Shown one piece after another: positions 8,647 to 19,157 of a stretch of DNA of 64,000 bases; position 1 is the stretch's first letter, and each line of letters opens with the position of its first letter. Origin of the DNA: Elusimicrobiales bacterium. GTDB taxonomy: Bacteria; Elusimicrobiota; Elusimicrobia; Elusimicrobiales; UBA9959. Below the pieces are notes generated by a model, which did no database searches, was not told where the DNA came from, and was given only the letters and a program-made list of their open reading frames with translations. The DNA lies in contig JAILAB010000064.1 of NCBI GenBank assembly GCA_024681855.1, positions 3,190 through 67,189 of the forward strand, given 5' to 3'. A program made the position numbers and the translations under genes.

Positions 8647-10740
8647 TCAATAATCCCTTGCAGCTCCTTCCTCGCGCCATGGACGCCAGTACTCTCTAGA
8701 CTTTTCCTCCAAGTCTTCTTTTTTAGGATCATTCATCTTTAATGTCACTATGAAGAAAAAATCTTTTACCCCCCCAGCGCGCGAACGGAAGCTAAGGCGT
8801 GTTCTGAAATCGTGAAAATCCTTATAAAGGCTTACTGTTTTCTCAAAGAATCTCAGTGAATTATTATGCCCTTCATCAGCTATAGTGCGGAAACGCAATA
8901 TTCCCTCAATTCTCCAAGTGGCTTTAGGATAAAATCTTATGCCAAAAGCATTGTGAAAAATCCATGCTCCATCATCTCCGGCGGCTGATGAATAATTTGA
9001 CAAGCCGAGACCGAAATAGTTCTCTTTAGTCCCAGCACGTCCCTGCAATATAAAGCTATTGCTGCTGCCATGAAAATCGTATGTGTCCTGTGCAAACAGA
9101 TTTGAATATGCGGATGGAGAATATGAAACTTCAGTAATAAGAGGCGACATTCTGTCCCTGGATTCAGCGCTGAAATAATCACGCAAATCATATCCAGAAC
9201 GAGCCCTGAAATATGTTTTATAATTTGGAACAACAAACAAATCGGCATATAATTCACGCTGTTCCTGCCCCCTGTCAGCAGCATCAAGATCATCCTTCCA
9301 TTTGCCATTCCGCATCCTTTGGGAATAGGAATATCCAAAATCCAGAGAGCCCCATTTCTGATCAAATCGCAAATTAGCCTTGCCTCCATAATGCCCTATC
9401 CATTCATCAGAATTTGCCGATGATGTGGAAAGATACATATCTTCGCTTACAAAAGCTGATGGCGCAAAAGTTATATGTTTCATTATAGGGATAGACTTGT
9501 ATACTGTCCACTGAGCTTTGCCTTTTTTCTGATAGTCTTCCCAAGCATGGTCATGACCGCTTTCCACATACATGCTAAAGCTATTAAGCCATGGAAGCTT
9601 CATAATCTGAAAAGGAACAGCGAAGAAATCCAGCCTTGGCGAAGCTTCCTCCTGCCTTATGAAATCTTCTGCCGTATCTTCAGGAAGAATGTCTCTGCGG
9701 CGGGCGCTAAGCCTTGTTATAGTATATTTGCTTTGGCGAGTAAAAGCAACGCTGGCATATTTGTCATCGCTTATGGCAAACGGATTATTTCTGAAATAGT
9801 GATTGTTAAATTGAGGATCTGACAGCAGACGGAAATAAGACTGGCTATAATAATGCGCCGTTGCAGACTCATTGTAATTGTTAAACGAATGCCAATATCC
9901 TCCTGTCAGGGCCCAACGGTCAAAAGATTCTCCGCTTTCCCGTATTCTATATACTGAAATATTTGTAATATTCTTTTCCGGCCTGCGGAAATCCAGCTCT
10001 CCTCCTGTGCCTATGCCTTTTTTAGTGAAATAATCCAGGTAAAGCTTAACTTTCAGCTCAGGATTTATCTTATATGCGAAATTAGCTTTCATATAAGGGC
10101 CATTGCGGGAATCATAGCCAGGAAAAAGATATGTGGTGAAAGGAGTTCCTTCCCCATCCGGCTTAAACAGTACCGGAAAGTAAAAAACAGGTATTTTGCC
10201 TAAATACAACAGAGAATTATAAGCAAGAAAATAATGGTCGGGAACAATCTTTATCAAAGATGACCTAAGATGATAATGCGGTTTTTCTTCGTCGCAACTT
10301 GTAAGGCTTGCCTTCTTATACAGGTATTTCTTATCATCAAAGGACACTTCCTTTCCCCGGAAGGTGAATGTGCCATAGGAAAAGCGCGCATCTCTTATAA
10401 GCCCTGAGTTATTGCCATAATTCACAAAACCGCTTTTGCCATAAATAGAGCCAGTTGAAGAATCAATAACGAAATCAGAATGGGAAGTTACAATTTTATT
10501 CTTCATATCAACAGTAACTTCCTTAGCTCGTATAAGCTTCATTACGCCATCATCGGTATTTTTCTCCTGAAGCTTAACCTTGCCTGAAAGGTTTATCACT
10601 CTAGAATATTCATTAAAATCTGCCTCATCTGCCTCAAACTCCACCCTGTGCGTGCCAGTTGAAGGAGGAAGGTCATAAGCCTGAGCGGCAAGGATATTTC
10701 CCAGCAGCAAAAGGCAGACGAGCGCAGTTTTTTTCAGCAT
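8647..10740 (-). CDS. lptD: LPS-assembly outer-membrane protein LptD (OstA family)
   Basis: Signal peptide MLKKTALVCLLLLGNILAAQA from the ATG at 10738-10740, 1 nt after the upstream stop. OstA-like N-domain, then SLTSCDEEKPHYHLRSSLIKIVPD...LYLGKIPVFYFPVLF and a long aromatic-rich beta-barrel region. The track's longer start at 10761 overlaps the upstream gene. Confidence 0.75.
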   Translation of the reverse strand: MLKKTALVCLLLLGNILAAQAYDLPPSTGTHRVEFEADEADFNEYSRVINLSGKVKLQEKNTDDGVMKLIRAKEVTVDMKNKIVTSHSDFVIDSSTGSIYGKSGFVNYGNNSGLIRDARFSYGTFTFRGKEVSFDDKKYLYKKASLTSCDEEKPHYHLRSSLIKIVPDHYFLAYNSLLYLGKIPVFYFPVLFKPDGEGTPFTTYLFPGYDSRNGPYMKANFAYKINPELKVKLYLDYFTKKGIGTGGELDFRRPEKNITNISVYRIRESGESFDRWALTGGYWHSFNNYNESATAHYYSQSYFRLLSDPQFNNHYFRNNPFAISDDKYASVAFTRQSKYTITRLSARRRDILPEDTAEDFIRQEEASPRLDFFAVPFQIMKLPWLNSFSMYVESGHDHAWEDYQKKGKAQWTVYKSIPIMKHITFAPSAFVSEDMYLSTSSANSDEWIGHYGGKANLRFDQKWGSLDFGYSYSQRMRNGKWKDDLDAADRGQEQRELYADLFVVPNYKTYFRARSGYDLRDYFSAESRDRMSPLITEVSYSPSAYSNLFAQDTYDFHGSSNSFILQGRAGTKENYFGLGLSNYSSAAGDDGAWIFHNAFGIRFYPKATWRIEGILRFRTIADEGHNNSLRFFEKTVSLYKDFHDFRTRLSFRSRAGGVKDFFFIVTLKMNDPKKEDLEEKSREYWRPWREEGAARDY

Positions 10741-10741
10741 T

Positions 10742-11674
10742 TCAGAGCTGCTCCAAGCCAAATAAAGCAGAACCGATTGAGCCCAGCTCAGGATTGTCAG
10801 AAGCTCTTATTTCCAATTTTTCAAAAGGCGTTGAAATAGGCTGGCCTTTAAAAACCTCTTTCATTGCTGGCAGGAACTTATCCCTTGACTTTGAAACGCC
10901 GCCAGTGAGAACCACATAATGAGGATTGAAAAGCAATATAAGGTTAGCAAGACCTTCTCCCAAATAGCGGCCTGTGTCATGCCAAAGCTTTATAGCAGCA
11001 GAATCTCCAGCCTCGTATGCTTTTGAAAGCGTATAAGGATCAAAAATTCCGCCAGGATTGTATTTTTTTATAAAAGCTTCCTGATCCGGAATGGCTTCTG
11101 CCGCGCGGCGCATTATTCCAACGCTGCCGCAGTATGCTTCAAGGCAGCCGCGACGGCCGCAATTGCAAAGCCTGCCGCCTTGTTCCAAAGTAAGATGGCC
11201 AGCTTCCCCTGCCGTGCCTGTGGCGCCATGATAAAGCGAGCCGTTAATTATTATTCCAGATCCTATGCCTGTTCCCATTGTCAGCACAAGGGCATTGCAA
11301 GGCTTCCTGCCCAGTTCCATAACATAAGCTCCCCATGCGGCCATATTAGCATCGTTTTCCATTACGCATGGCAACCCTGTCGCCTCTGATATAGGCCCGG
11401 TAAGCGGCACATTTCGCCATTTAAGGTTAGGCGCATACCGCAAAACGCCGGTTTCAGGATCCGCATCGCCTGCTGCGCCTATTCCTATTGCAAGAGGACT
11501 AACATTATTTTCTTTTTTTATTTTTGCCACTGCCGAAGAAAGCCTTTTTACGAAATCTTCAGGACCTTTTTCAGCTTCAGTAGGAAAACGGGAAACAGAA
11601 ACGACATTTCCTTTTTCATCAGCGACCAGCAGCTTAGTGTTTGTGCCGCCTATATCAATGCCTATTCCAGTCAT
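10742..11674 (-). CDS. ROK-family glucokinase
   Basis: MTGIGIDIGGTNTKL ATP motif. ROK zinc motif GHLTLEQGGRLCNCGRRGCLEAYCG. The ATGA overlap at 11671-11674 joins the folC stop and this gene's start. Confidence 0.8.
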   Translation of the reverse strand: MTGIGIDIGGTNTKLLVADEKGNVVSVSRFPTEAEKGPEDFVKRLSSAVAKIKKENNVSPLAIGIGAAGDADPETGVLRYAPNLKWRNVPLTGPISEATGLPCVMENDANMAAWGAYVMELGRKPCNALVLTMGTGIGSGIIINGSLYHGATGTAGEAGHLTLEQGGRLCNCGRRGCLEAYCGSVGIMRRAAEAIPDQEAFIKKYNPGGIFDPYTLSKAYEAGDSAAIKLWHDTGRYLGEGLANLILLFNPHYVVLTGGVSKSRDKFLPAMKEVFKGQPISTPFEKLEIRASDNPELGSIGSALFGLEQL

Positions 11675-12981
11675 ATTATCTCCCCGCCGGACTTTTTCCG
11701 GCTTTCAGGCGCTGAAAAAAGCCGGAGCGCCTCCCCGGCAAGATAGAAAGAGCCAATTATTGCGGCAATGCCGCTCTCAGAAGCTTTTAGTATCGCCTCC
11801 TCCGGCTCATTAAAAACATGAATATCCGCGCCAGGCTTGATAGCCGCAAACTCTTTAGCCAGAGTCTGCGGCGGAACAGCCCTATCTGATCTGGGGCGGG
11901 TAAAAATGAACTTTCCATTAAATGCGGAAATTTCCCGAAACACTTGCGTGCGGTCTTTATCGTTCAGAATAGCTATTACATAAGCGGGATTCTTATCCGG
12001 GAATGGCGATGCCGCCCAATTGCGGCAAAATGCGGCGGCGGCTTCCGGATTATGCGCGCCGTCCAAGATAAACAGCGCATTATGGAAACGTTTCCCGGCG
12101 CGAATGGACTGGAAACGGCCAGGATGCTTCACCCGCCGGAATGCCTGTACGGCATCTGCCCGGCTTATGCGCAGCCCGCGGCTGCGCAATATTTCCGCCG
12201 CCTCCCAAAGCAAGGAAGCATTGCTAAGCTGGACATCGCCTTGCAGGGCAAACGGGAAAATAGCGCCAGTCTGCTTATGCATAAGCATCATGCTTCCTTT
12301 TTCCCAGTCCCGTGAAAATATTTCAAAATACGGCTTTACAAACAGCGCTTCCGCATGACGGGCAGCGGCTTCTTTTTCAATAACTCTCATAGCTTCTGGA
12401 GCTATGGAATCCGGAACCAGACATATTCCGCCTTCTTTTATTATCCCTGCCTTTTGGAAAGCTATTTCACTCAATGTGCCGCCAAGCTGCTGCTTATGGT
12501 CAAAAGAAACAGAAGTTATAGCGCACATTAGAGGGTTTTCAAGAACATTAGTGGAATCCAGCAGCCCGCCTATCCCCGCTTCAATAATAGCTATATCAGT
12601 TTTCTCCTCAGCAAAGCATAGAAAAGCCATTACCGTAAGCAGCTCAAAAAAACTCAGATCCGGGCCTGCAGCTAAAGCTCTTTCGCAAAGCGAGGCTAGC
12701 TTATCCTTTGCAATTTCCTCTCCGCATATCTGTATTCTCTCGGAAAAATTCACAATATGAGGAGAAATAAACATTCCCGTGCGAAGGCCTGCTGAACGGC
12801 ATGCGGCTTCCAAAAGAGCGCATACAGATCCTTTGCCATTAGTTCCAGTTATGTGTATGGATTTAAACAGTTTATGCGGATTGCCTAAACGGCCAAGAGC
12901 TTCCCGCACGGCAGGAATACCTCCTTTGCGCTTAAGGCCCTGACGGGAAATTAACATAGATTCCGCTTCTTCAAAATTCAT
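11671..12981 (-). CDS. folC: Bifunctional folylpolyglutamate synthase / dihydrofolate synthase
   Basis: Mur-ligase P-loop HITGTNGKGS. 436 aa FolC-like layout. The ATGA overlap at 12978-12981 joins the murA stop and the folC start. Confidence 0.8.
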   Translation of the reverse strand: MNFEEAESMLISRQGLKRKGGIPAVREALGRLGNPHKLFKSIHITGTNGKGSVCALLEAACRSAGLRTGMFISPHIVNFSERIQICGEEIAKDKLASLCERALAAGPDLSFFELLTVMAFLCFAEEKTDIAIIEAGIGGLLDSTNVLENPLMCAITSVSFDHKQQLGGTLSEIAFQKAGIIKEGGICLVPDSIAPEAMRVIEKEAAARHAEALFVKPYFEIFSRDWEKGSMMLMHKQTGAIFPFALQGDVQLSNASLLWEAAEILRSRGLRISRADAVQAFRRVKHPGRFQSIRAGKRFHNALFILDGAHNPEAAAAFCRNWAASPFPDKNPAYVIAILNDKDRTQVFREISAFNGKFIFTRPRSDRAVPPQTLAKEFAAIKPGADIHVFNEPEEAILKASESGIAAIIGSFYLAGEALRLFSAPESRKKSGGEII

Positions 12982-14249
12982 TTTATGCTTCCATCGTCCT
13001 TACGGCGGCGTACATCTGCTCCCAGTTCCCTCAATTTCAGCTCCAGCTTCTCATATCCGCGGTCTATATGGTAAATGCGGCGTATAATGCTAGTGCCTCT
13101 GGCCGCCGCGGCAGCAACTACGAGCGCTGCTCCAGCCCGCAAATCAGATGCCATTACTGGCGCGCCCATCAGGCCTGGAACGCCATGTATTATGGCTTTT
13201 CTGTCCATAACAGTGATATTGGCTTCCATTCTAGCTAGTTCAGGAACATGCATGAAACGGTTTTCAAAGATTTTCTCATGAACTTCACATTCCCCTGAAC
13301 ATTGGGCCATGAAAGCCATCCATGGAGCCTGCAAATCCGTAGGAAATCCGGGATATGGCTTTGTGCTTATGCTTACGGGTTTAGGCCGAGAAACTTCCGC
13401 AGATACTGTAATTACTCCTTTTCCGCAGGAAATTTTTACCCCAGCTTTGCGCATTGCCCTTATTAAAGCTGAAAGAGGCTTGGAATCCGCTCCCAGAAGA
13501 GTTATTTTCCCGCCTGCCGCGGCGCAAAGAAGCATGAATGTGCCTGTCTCTATCCGGTCAGGCATTACTGAATGTGAAAAGCCATTAAGCGCAGGCTTGC
13601 CTTTTATTTTGATGACACCGGTGCCGGCGCCAATGACTGCCGCGCCCATTTTCACAAGAACTGCTGAAAGGTCTTCTATTTCAGGCTCTCTCGCGCAATT
13701 CTCAAGAACAGTTTCCCCATCTATCAGAGAAGCTGCCATCATTAGATTCTCAGTAGCCCCTACGCTTGGAAAACGGAATTTTATCCTATTAGGATGCATT
13801 TTCTTTGCGGTCATCAGCACATCCCCTTTATCATGGCTGATTTCCACTCCGAGCTGCTTAAAGGCTTCAAGGTGCATGTCTATAGGCCGCACGCCTATCG
13901 TGCAGCCTCCTGGAAGGGAAAAACGCGCTTTGCCAAAACGCGCTATCAGAGGCCCTGCCGCAAGTATGGAAGCCCTCATTTTGCGCACCAGCTCATAAGG
14001 CGCTATTGGATTTATTTCAGAATGTTCTTCCGCAATAAAATTGCCATACCCATAAAAACAGTTTTTACCAAGACGGTTCAGAAGATCGTATGCTGACTGC
14101 ACATCTTTGAGCTCAGGGACATTGCTTATTTCGCAGCGCTCCTTAGTAAGCAGCGAGGCAAAAAGTATTGGCAGCGCTGCATTTTTTGAACCGCTGATCC
14201 TTGTTTCGCCGGAAAGGGCATGCCCTCCGTTTATAACAAATAAGTCCAT
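12978..14249 (-). CDS. murA: UDP-N-acetylglucosamine 1-carboxyvinyltransferase
   Basis: MDLFVINGGHALSGETRISGSKNAALPIL N-terminus, active-site LPGGCTIGVRPID, 423 aa. Confidence 0.9.
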   Translation of the reverse strand: MDLFVINGGHALSGETRISGSKNAALPILFASLLTKERCEISNVPELKDVQSAYDLLNRLGKNCFYGYGNFIAEEHSEINPIAPYELVRKMRASILAAGPLIARFGKARFSLPGGCTIGVRPIDMHLEAFKQLGVEISHDKGDVLMTAKKMHPNRIKFRFPSVGATENLMMAASLIDGETVLENCAREPEIEDLSAVLVKMGAAVIGAGTGVIKIKGKPALNGFSHSVMPDRIETGTFMLLCAAAGGKITLLGADSKPLSALIRAMRKAGVKISCGKGVITVSAEVSRPKPVSISTKPYPGFPTDLQAPWMAFMAQCSGECEVHEKIFENRFMHVPELARMEANITVMDRKAIIHGVPGLMGAPVMASDLRAGAALVVAAAAARGTSIIRRIYHIDRGYEKLELKLRELGADVRRRKDDGSIK

Positions 14250-14280
14250 TTATTCCTCAAAAATTATTCAAAAAAATTCA

Positions 14281-15129
14281 TCATGCTTTAATTGCAACAA
14301 AAAAACGCTGCTGTCCGCTAAAATCCTGCACAGACCTGATTTCTTTCCATATATCATTTGAAGCTTCATGCTTAAGACGCAAAGGATCTCCTCCGCTAAG
14401 TTCCATGAAAAGACCGCCGCCCGGAACCAGAAGACGGCCTGCGGCTCCGAGAACAAGCCTTGCTACTGAAAGCCCGTCACTGCCGCCATCAAGCGCCATA
14501 TACGGCTCGCTTAGAACTTCAGGAGAAAGGCCAGGAATTACAGCAGAAGGGATGTATGGAGGATTAGAGACTATAACAGAATAATGCCCTGAAAGACTGT
14601 TTGGCGTTTCCACATTGGCAAATAACGTGCGATCATATATTCTAAGCTGCCGGGCATTTTCCTTAGCGCATTCCAAGGCTTCCGCGGATTTATCAGCGGC
14701 AGTAAGCCTTGCGTTTGGAAATTTCTTCAGCAGCCAGAAGCCTATCGCTCCGCTTCCGGCTCCATAATCAAGAATATTTATGCTAATGCCGCTAAATTTG
14801 GAACTGATAAATTCTGCTGCATATTCTGCCAATTCCTCTGTTTCCGGCCTGGGAACAAGAACACGGCTGTCAACTTTCAAAGTTATATCAATAAAGTCTT
14901 GAGTTCCGAGTATATATGCTAAAGGAATGCCTTGTTTCTTTTGCCTGATATACTCTCCAAACATTATCTCCTGAGACGGAGAAACCTCTGTTTCAGGATT
15001 CAAAATTATCTGAGCCCTGTTTTTTTTGAGAACAGCGGAAAGCAGCCATTGCGCATTGGCTTCAGGCTCATCAATTCCATTTTCCCTTAGGCTTGAGATA
15101 GCCTCATTAAGCAGCTTTCCCGCCGTCAT
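14281..15129 (-). CDS. prmC: Release-factor glutamine N5-methyltransferase
   Basis: SAM motif [12 protein letters not shown] and catalytic VSNPPYIP. Its start overlaps the prfA 3' end by 23 nt. Confidence 0.85.
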   Translation of the reverse strand: MTAGKLLNEAISSLRENGIDEPEANAQWLLSAVLKKNRAQIILNPETEVSPSQEIMFGEYIRQKKQGIPLAYILGTQDFIDITLKVDSRVLVPRPETEELAEYAAEFISSKFSGISINILDYGAGSGAIGFWLLKKFPNARLTAADKSAEALECAKENARQLRIYDRTLFANVETPNSLSGHYSVIVSNPPYIPSAVIPGLSPEVLSEPYMALDGGSDGLSVARLVLGAAGRLLVPGGGLFMELSGGDPLRLKHEASNDIWKEIRSVQDFSGQQRFFVAIKA

Positions 15130-16174
15130 ATTGTCTGCTAATCTCCAGCTTAATTTCCTCTAGCATTTCCTTTATTCCGCCTTCCATTATCTCCGAGATA
15201 TTATGCCAGGATTTAGAAATTCTGTGATCCGTTACACGGCATTGAGGGAAATTATATGTGCGTATCTTTTCGGAACGGTCGCCAGTTCCGACCTGTTTTT
15301 TTCTTTCCCCTGCGGAAGATTCTGCCGCGCTGTCTTCTTTCATCTGCTGCAGCTTTGCGGCAAGCAGGGCAAGAGCTTTCATGCGGTTCTGGCCTTGTGA
15401 ACGCTCCTCGCGGCATTGGGTAACTATCCCTGTAGGTATGTGGACTATGCGCACCGCTGTTTCTACTTTATTAACATTTTGTCCGCCATGTCCGCCGGAA
15501 CGGCATGTTTCAAGGCGTATGTCTTTAGGATCAATCTTAACTATCTCTACCTCATCAGCTTCTTTCATAACTGCTACGGTAACTGTTGAAGTATGAACGC
15601 GGCCAGATGCCTCTGTTTCAGGCACGCGCTGCACACGGTGAACTCCTCCCTCGTAGCGGAACCAGGAATATACATTACGGCCAGAAATATAGATAACAGC
15701 GCTCTTTATGCCCTTAAGGCCAGACGAGGAAACATCCCTTACTTCAGTCTTAAAGCCCATATTTTGGGCAAAATGCGTGTACATACGCATAAGTTCCCCG
15801 GCAAACAGAGCAGATTCCTCTCCCCCTGCGCCTGCGCGCAGCTCAAGATAAATATTTTTGTTATCATCAGGATCCGGAGGAATAACCAAAAGCTGAAGTT
15901 TTTTTTGCAGATCTGAGATTTTAGATTCCAATGCGGGAAGCTCTGCTTCAGCCAGCTCCGACAGCTCACGATCTTCTCCAGAAATCATCTGCCGAGCTTC
16001 CTCGGCGCTGCTTTGCGCATTTTTCAATTCATCAGCTGTTTCAAGAATCTCATTGCACGCAGCATGGCGTTTAGAAAATGTTTGCAGCTCAGCTGGAGTA
16101 AGATCTCCTGATGCCAGCCTTGCCTCAAGCTCAGCGGCTTCTCTTTTTATTGATGCCAGTTCCTTCTCAAGCAT
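15107..16174 (-). CDS. prfA: Peptide chain release factor 1
   Basis: RF1 tripeptide context [17 protein letters not shown] and GGQ motif [20 protein letters not shown]. Confidence 0.92.
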   Translation of the reverse strand: MLEKELASIKREAAELEARLASGDLTPAELQTFSKRHAACNEILETADELKNAQSSAEEARQMISGEDRELSELAEAELPALESKISDLQKKLQLLVIPPDPDDNKNIYLELRAGAGGEESALFAGELMRMYTHFAQNMGFKTEVRDVSSSGLKGIKSAVIYISGRNVYSWFRYEGGVHRVQRVPETEASGRVHTSTVTVAVMKEADEVEIVKIDPKDIRLETCRSGGHGGQNVNKVETAVRIVHIPTGIVTQCREERSQGQNRMKALALLAAKLQQMKEDSAAESSAGERKKQVGTGDRSEKIRTYNFPQCRVTDHRISKSWHNISEIMEGGIKEMLEEIKLEISRQYDGGKAA

Positions 16175-16187
16175 AATAGCCCTCTAC

Positions 16188-16230
16188 AAAAAAAAACAGG
16201 CGTTTCCCAATATAAAAAGGGAAACGCCTG
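16188..16230 (-). terminator. Rho-independent terminator after rpmE
   Basis: Minus-strand RNA reads CAGGCGUUUCCC-uuuuuauauu-GGGAAACGCCUG (12-bp perfect stem) followed by U9. It lies 15 nt after the rpmE stop and only 13 nt before the prfA ATG. Confidence 0.85.
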
Positions 16231-16244
16231 TACGGAAGAAACAG

Positions 16245-16610
16245 CTATTTGGATTCTTCTGCTTTAGGGGCTTCTGCCTTAACTTCCGCTTTCGCTGCTT
16301 TCTTAACTTCATTCCTTGTAGGAATTTCCACAGGCTTCTCTTTTGCAAAATGCTTAGGCGCAACCTTAGAAACGCGCGCAGCCTTGGCTTTGCGCTCTAC
16401 AGTCTTGCCATCTGTGGCAGCATATTTCTTCATGAATTTATCAACGCGGCCAGCTGTGTCAGTGAAACGCTGCTTACCCGTGAAAAAGGGATGGCAGGCT
16501 GAACAGATTTCAACCTTGATAGCAGGCTTAATGGAGCGGGTCTCAAATGTGTTTCCGCAGGCACATGTCACCTGGCAGACATCATATTTAGGGTGAATAT
16601 TCTTTTTCAT
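16245..16610 (-). CDS. rpmE: 50S ribosomal protein L31 (Zn-ribbon type) with long Lys/Ala/Glu-rich C-terminal extension
   Basis: [26 protein letters not shown]...[30 protein letters not shown] is canonical L31 with its 4 Cys. About 55 further residues are rich in K/A/E. Confidence 0.88.
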   Translation of the reverse strand: MKKNIHPKYDVCQVTCACGNTFETRSIKPAIKVEICSACHPFFTGKQRFTDTAGRVDKFMKKYAATDGKTVERKAKAARVSKVAPKHFAKEKPVEIPTRNEVKKAAKAEVKAEAPKAEESK

Positions 16611-16706
16611 TTCAATTCCTCAATAAATAACTAAATCGCAATATCTATTATAGCATAAAAGTTAAAGCAATCAAAATTATAATTAACAATAAGAAATTCA
16701 GCTTTT

Positions 16707-17405
16707 TTATTTCCAGCCTACTGCCTTGGCCAGATTCTCCGTTGCCGGTTCAGAAATGACATATCTTTTTATGACAGGATTCTTTATAAGCCGCACCAGC
16801 TCTCTGTTCTCTGTAAGTATGGCTTCAATTGCTGAGCTGTCTTTCATAAAATCTTGAGCTGCGTTTTCATTTACAAGAGCCTTAGTAAAGTCGCTATCCA
16901 ATATTGTTTTAATCGCAGCATTATTTGACAATAAGGATTTCATGCCAGGCTCGGCAAGAAATTCTGAAACCAGTTTTTTATTTGACAGCATCCGTTTAAT
17001 ATTTTCGGAAGAAATCAAGTATTCCTGCACCTCTTGTCTTGACATAAACCCACGGATCATATTTTTATTGTTATACAGTTCTTTCAGCAGAGTCAAGTCG
17101 GAAGAATTTTTTTCAAGCACAGCTAGCAGATAACCTTTCTGAGTGCCCCAACCTATCTCTTCCCTTGACTTTTCATCATCTCCAGCGGTGTAGTTAATGC
17201 CATAGCCTCCATAATTTAAAGCCGGCTGGTACTCTGAGATATTTTTCTTCTTAACAGATCCAGTCTCAACGCTAAAAGCCTTGCTGTCTACTCCCAAATC
17301 ACTGGAGTTATTTTTTACAACTATTTTATAAATAGGATACAGAAGCAAAATATATAACGGAGAAAGAAGTATCCAAATGCTTATTCCTGATTTTTCCTGT
17401 GACAT
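16707..17405 (-). CDS. Membrane-anchored hypothetical protein
   Basis: ATG at 17403-17405 preceded by GAGGA. One N-terminal TM (ISIWILLSPLYILLLYPIY), then a helical soluble domain. I recognise no family. The track start at 17417 is a TTG. Confidence 0.5.
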   Translation of the reverse strand: MSQEKSGISIWILLSPLYILLLYPIYKIVVKNNSSDLGVDSKAFSVETGSVKKKNISEYQPALNYGGYGINYTAGDDEKSREEIGWGTQKGYLLAVLEKNSSDLTLLKELYNNKNMIRGFMSRQEVQEYLISSENIKRMLSNKKLVSEFLAEPGMKSLLSNNAAIKTILDSDFTKALVNENAAQDFMKDSSAIEAILTENRELVRLIKNPVIKRYVISEPATENLAKAVGWK

Positions 17406-17596
17406 AATAATCCTCAAAATATATTACACAAGAGCAGATTAAAATTAAATCGCGCTTGATATAACAGTTCCAAAAAAATTATTAAATAGATTATATAATA
17501 TTTAGAATGCGTTAACGTTTTTATAAGAAATTGTATTAAGATTACCAAATAATATAGAATGAGTCTGTTCTCAATCCTGACACACGGATTTAATAA

Positions 17597-19123
17597 ATGA
17601 TTATTTTTTCACTACAGCAGCAAATAGATCAAAAAAAAATTGGAATATTATTATCTTATGTTAATATTGCCGCAAAAATCCTTATTAATTTTCTTTACAT
17701 GCCTGTTTTACTTAAATATTTATCCAAAGACCAGTATGGACTATACCAGCTTTTATGGTCTTTGTCTGGTTTTCTTGCAATAGCCGACTTTGGATTTTCC
17801 ACCGCAGTAATACGTTATTATTCAGCAGCAAGAAAAAACAGAAATAAAGAAAAACTTAAAGAAATATTATTGAATGCCTGTTCCATTTACACAGTATTGA
17901 CAATAATCCTCATATTATGCGGCATTGCATTATATTTTTTCGCGGGATTAACATATGGAGCTAAATTAAACGCTAAAGACATGGCAACAATGCAAATAAC
18001 AATTCCTATCATGATTTTAATGATGAGCATCGGTTTGCCAAGCACTCTGCTTACAGCGCTAATATCTGCTCACGAACATTTCATTTTCTTAAAAACATCT
18101 GCCCTTCTTTATATAATTGCGCAACCGATTATCAGCATTTTTGCCTTGAAATTCATAGCAGCGAATATTCCAACGCTTGTATGCGCTGAAACATTAAACA
18201 TTGTTCTCATCACATTATTAAATTTGTGGTACTGCATCCATTATCTCAAAATAAAGCCAGTGCCATCACTATCTTTTACACCAATGAAAAATGAAATGAT
18301 TAAATTTTCATTCTTTATGTTCACTGCTTTTATTGCCGATAAAATAATATGGAGCTCCGGCCAAGCTGTGCTTGGAGCAATGTCAGGGAATATATCCATT
18401 ACTTTTTACTCACTCTCTTTTTACCTGGCTTTTGCTTTTTCAACAATTCCTTTTGTAATTTCAGAATTATATTTGCCTGCTTTTTCTGCAGCAGCAAGTT
18501 CCAATAATATGCCAAAAATTCAAAAATTATTCCAGGAAACAGGGAAATTGCAATTTAGGGTGCTGCTTCTTTTTCTCGGAGGATTTATATTCCTAGGAAA
18601 GGATTTCATACAAATATGGCTAGGGGCCGGATATGAAAGATGTTTTACCCTTACATCAATAATATTGGCAGGATTTTTGCCAGACTTCATGCTTTCCGCA
18701 GGCCTGCCAGCTGTACAGGCATTAAATAAACATGGCAAACGCTCCGTGATATTACTCATAACGTCAATACTTGCCATATTATTAGAAATCTTTCTTTCCT
18801 ATAAATATGACGAATATGGATGCGCTTGCGCAATAAGCATAATGCTTTTCTTAGGCTACGGAATTGCCACTGGAATATATTATTCAAAATTAGGACTAGG
18901 AATAAAAAAATATTTTGCTGGTTTTATCAGGCCATTCATCGCGTCACTGCCCGCTTTCGCATTGTTTTTTATTATTCTTGACATAAGCCCTATAGGCGGA
19001 ATTAAAGGTTTTATCATACATGGCATAATGCTTACAGTTTTATATTCCATATCAGCATTGATATTCGGGTTAGACGACATTGAAAAAGAAAGATTGCGCA
19101 AGCATATTTCAAGCTGGAAGTAA
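17597..19123 (+). CDS. Oligo/polysaccharide flippase (Wzx / MOP superfamily)
   Basis: 508 aa with about 12-14 TM helices. N-terminal pattern typical of polysaccharide-biosynthesis flippases. Sits next to GT2 genes and is AT-rich. Confidence 0.6.
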   Translation: MIIFSLQQQIDQKKIGILLSYVNIAAKILINFLYMPVLLKYLSKDQYGLYQLLWSLSGFLAIADFGFSTAVIRYYSAARKNRNKEKLKEILLNACSIYTVLTIILILCGIALYFFAGLTYGAKLNAKDMATMQITIPIMILMMSIGLPSTLLTALISAHEHFIFLKTSALLYIIAQPIISIFALKFIAANIPTLVCAETLNIVLITLLNLWYCIHYLKIKPVPSLSFTPMKNEMIKFSFFMFTAFIADKIIWSSGQAVLGAMSGNISITFYSLSFYLAFAFSTIPFVISELYLPAFSAAASSNNMPKIQKLFQETGKLQFRVLLLFLGGFIFLGKDFIQIWLGAGYERCFTLTSIILAGFLPDFMLSAGLPAVQALNKHGKRSVILLITSILAILLEIFLSYKYDEYGCACAISIMLFLGYGIATGIYYSKLGLGIKKYFAGFIRPFIASLPAFALFFIILDISPIGGIKGFIIHGIMLTVLYSISALIFGLDDIEKERLRKHISSWK

Positions 19124-19157
19124 GGCTGATCACTTGCTCATTCTGGCTGCACATAAA

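Noticed and set aside
13309-13998. 229-aa plus-strand ORF, and similar long ORFs at 12404-12760, 15258-15596, 23432-23971, 26168-26668, 47544-47954, 50555-51100, 53772-54242 and 55080-55709
   Set aside because: All lie antisense inside strongly supported minus-strand genes (murA, folC, prfA, S8, serS, hutH, HK, ACAD, ftcD). Their products are low-complexity Ser/Ala/Pro/Arg-rich sequences typical of shadow frames, with no recognisable motifs.
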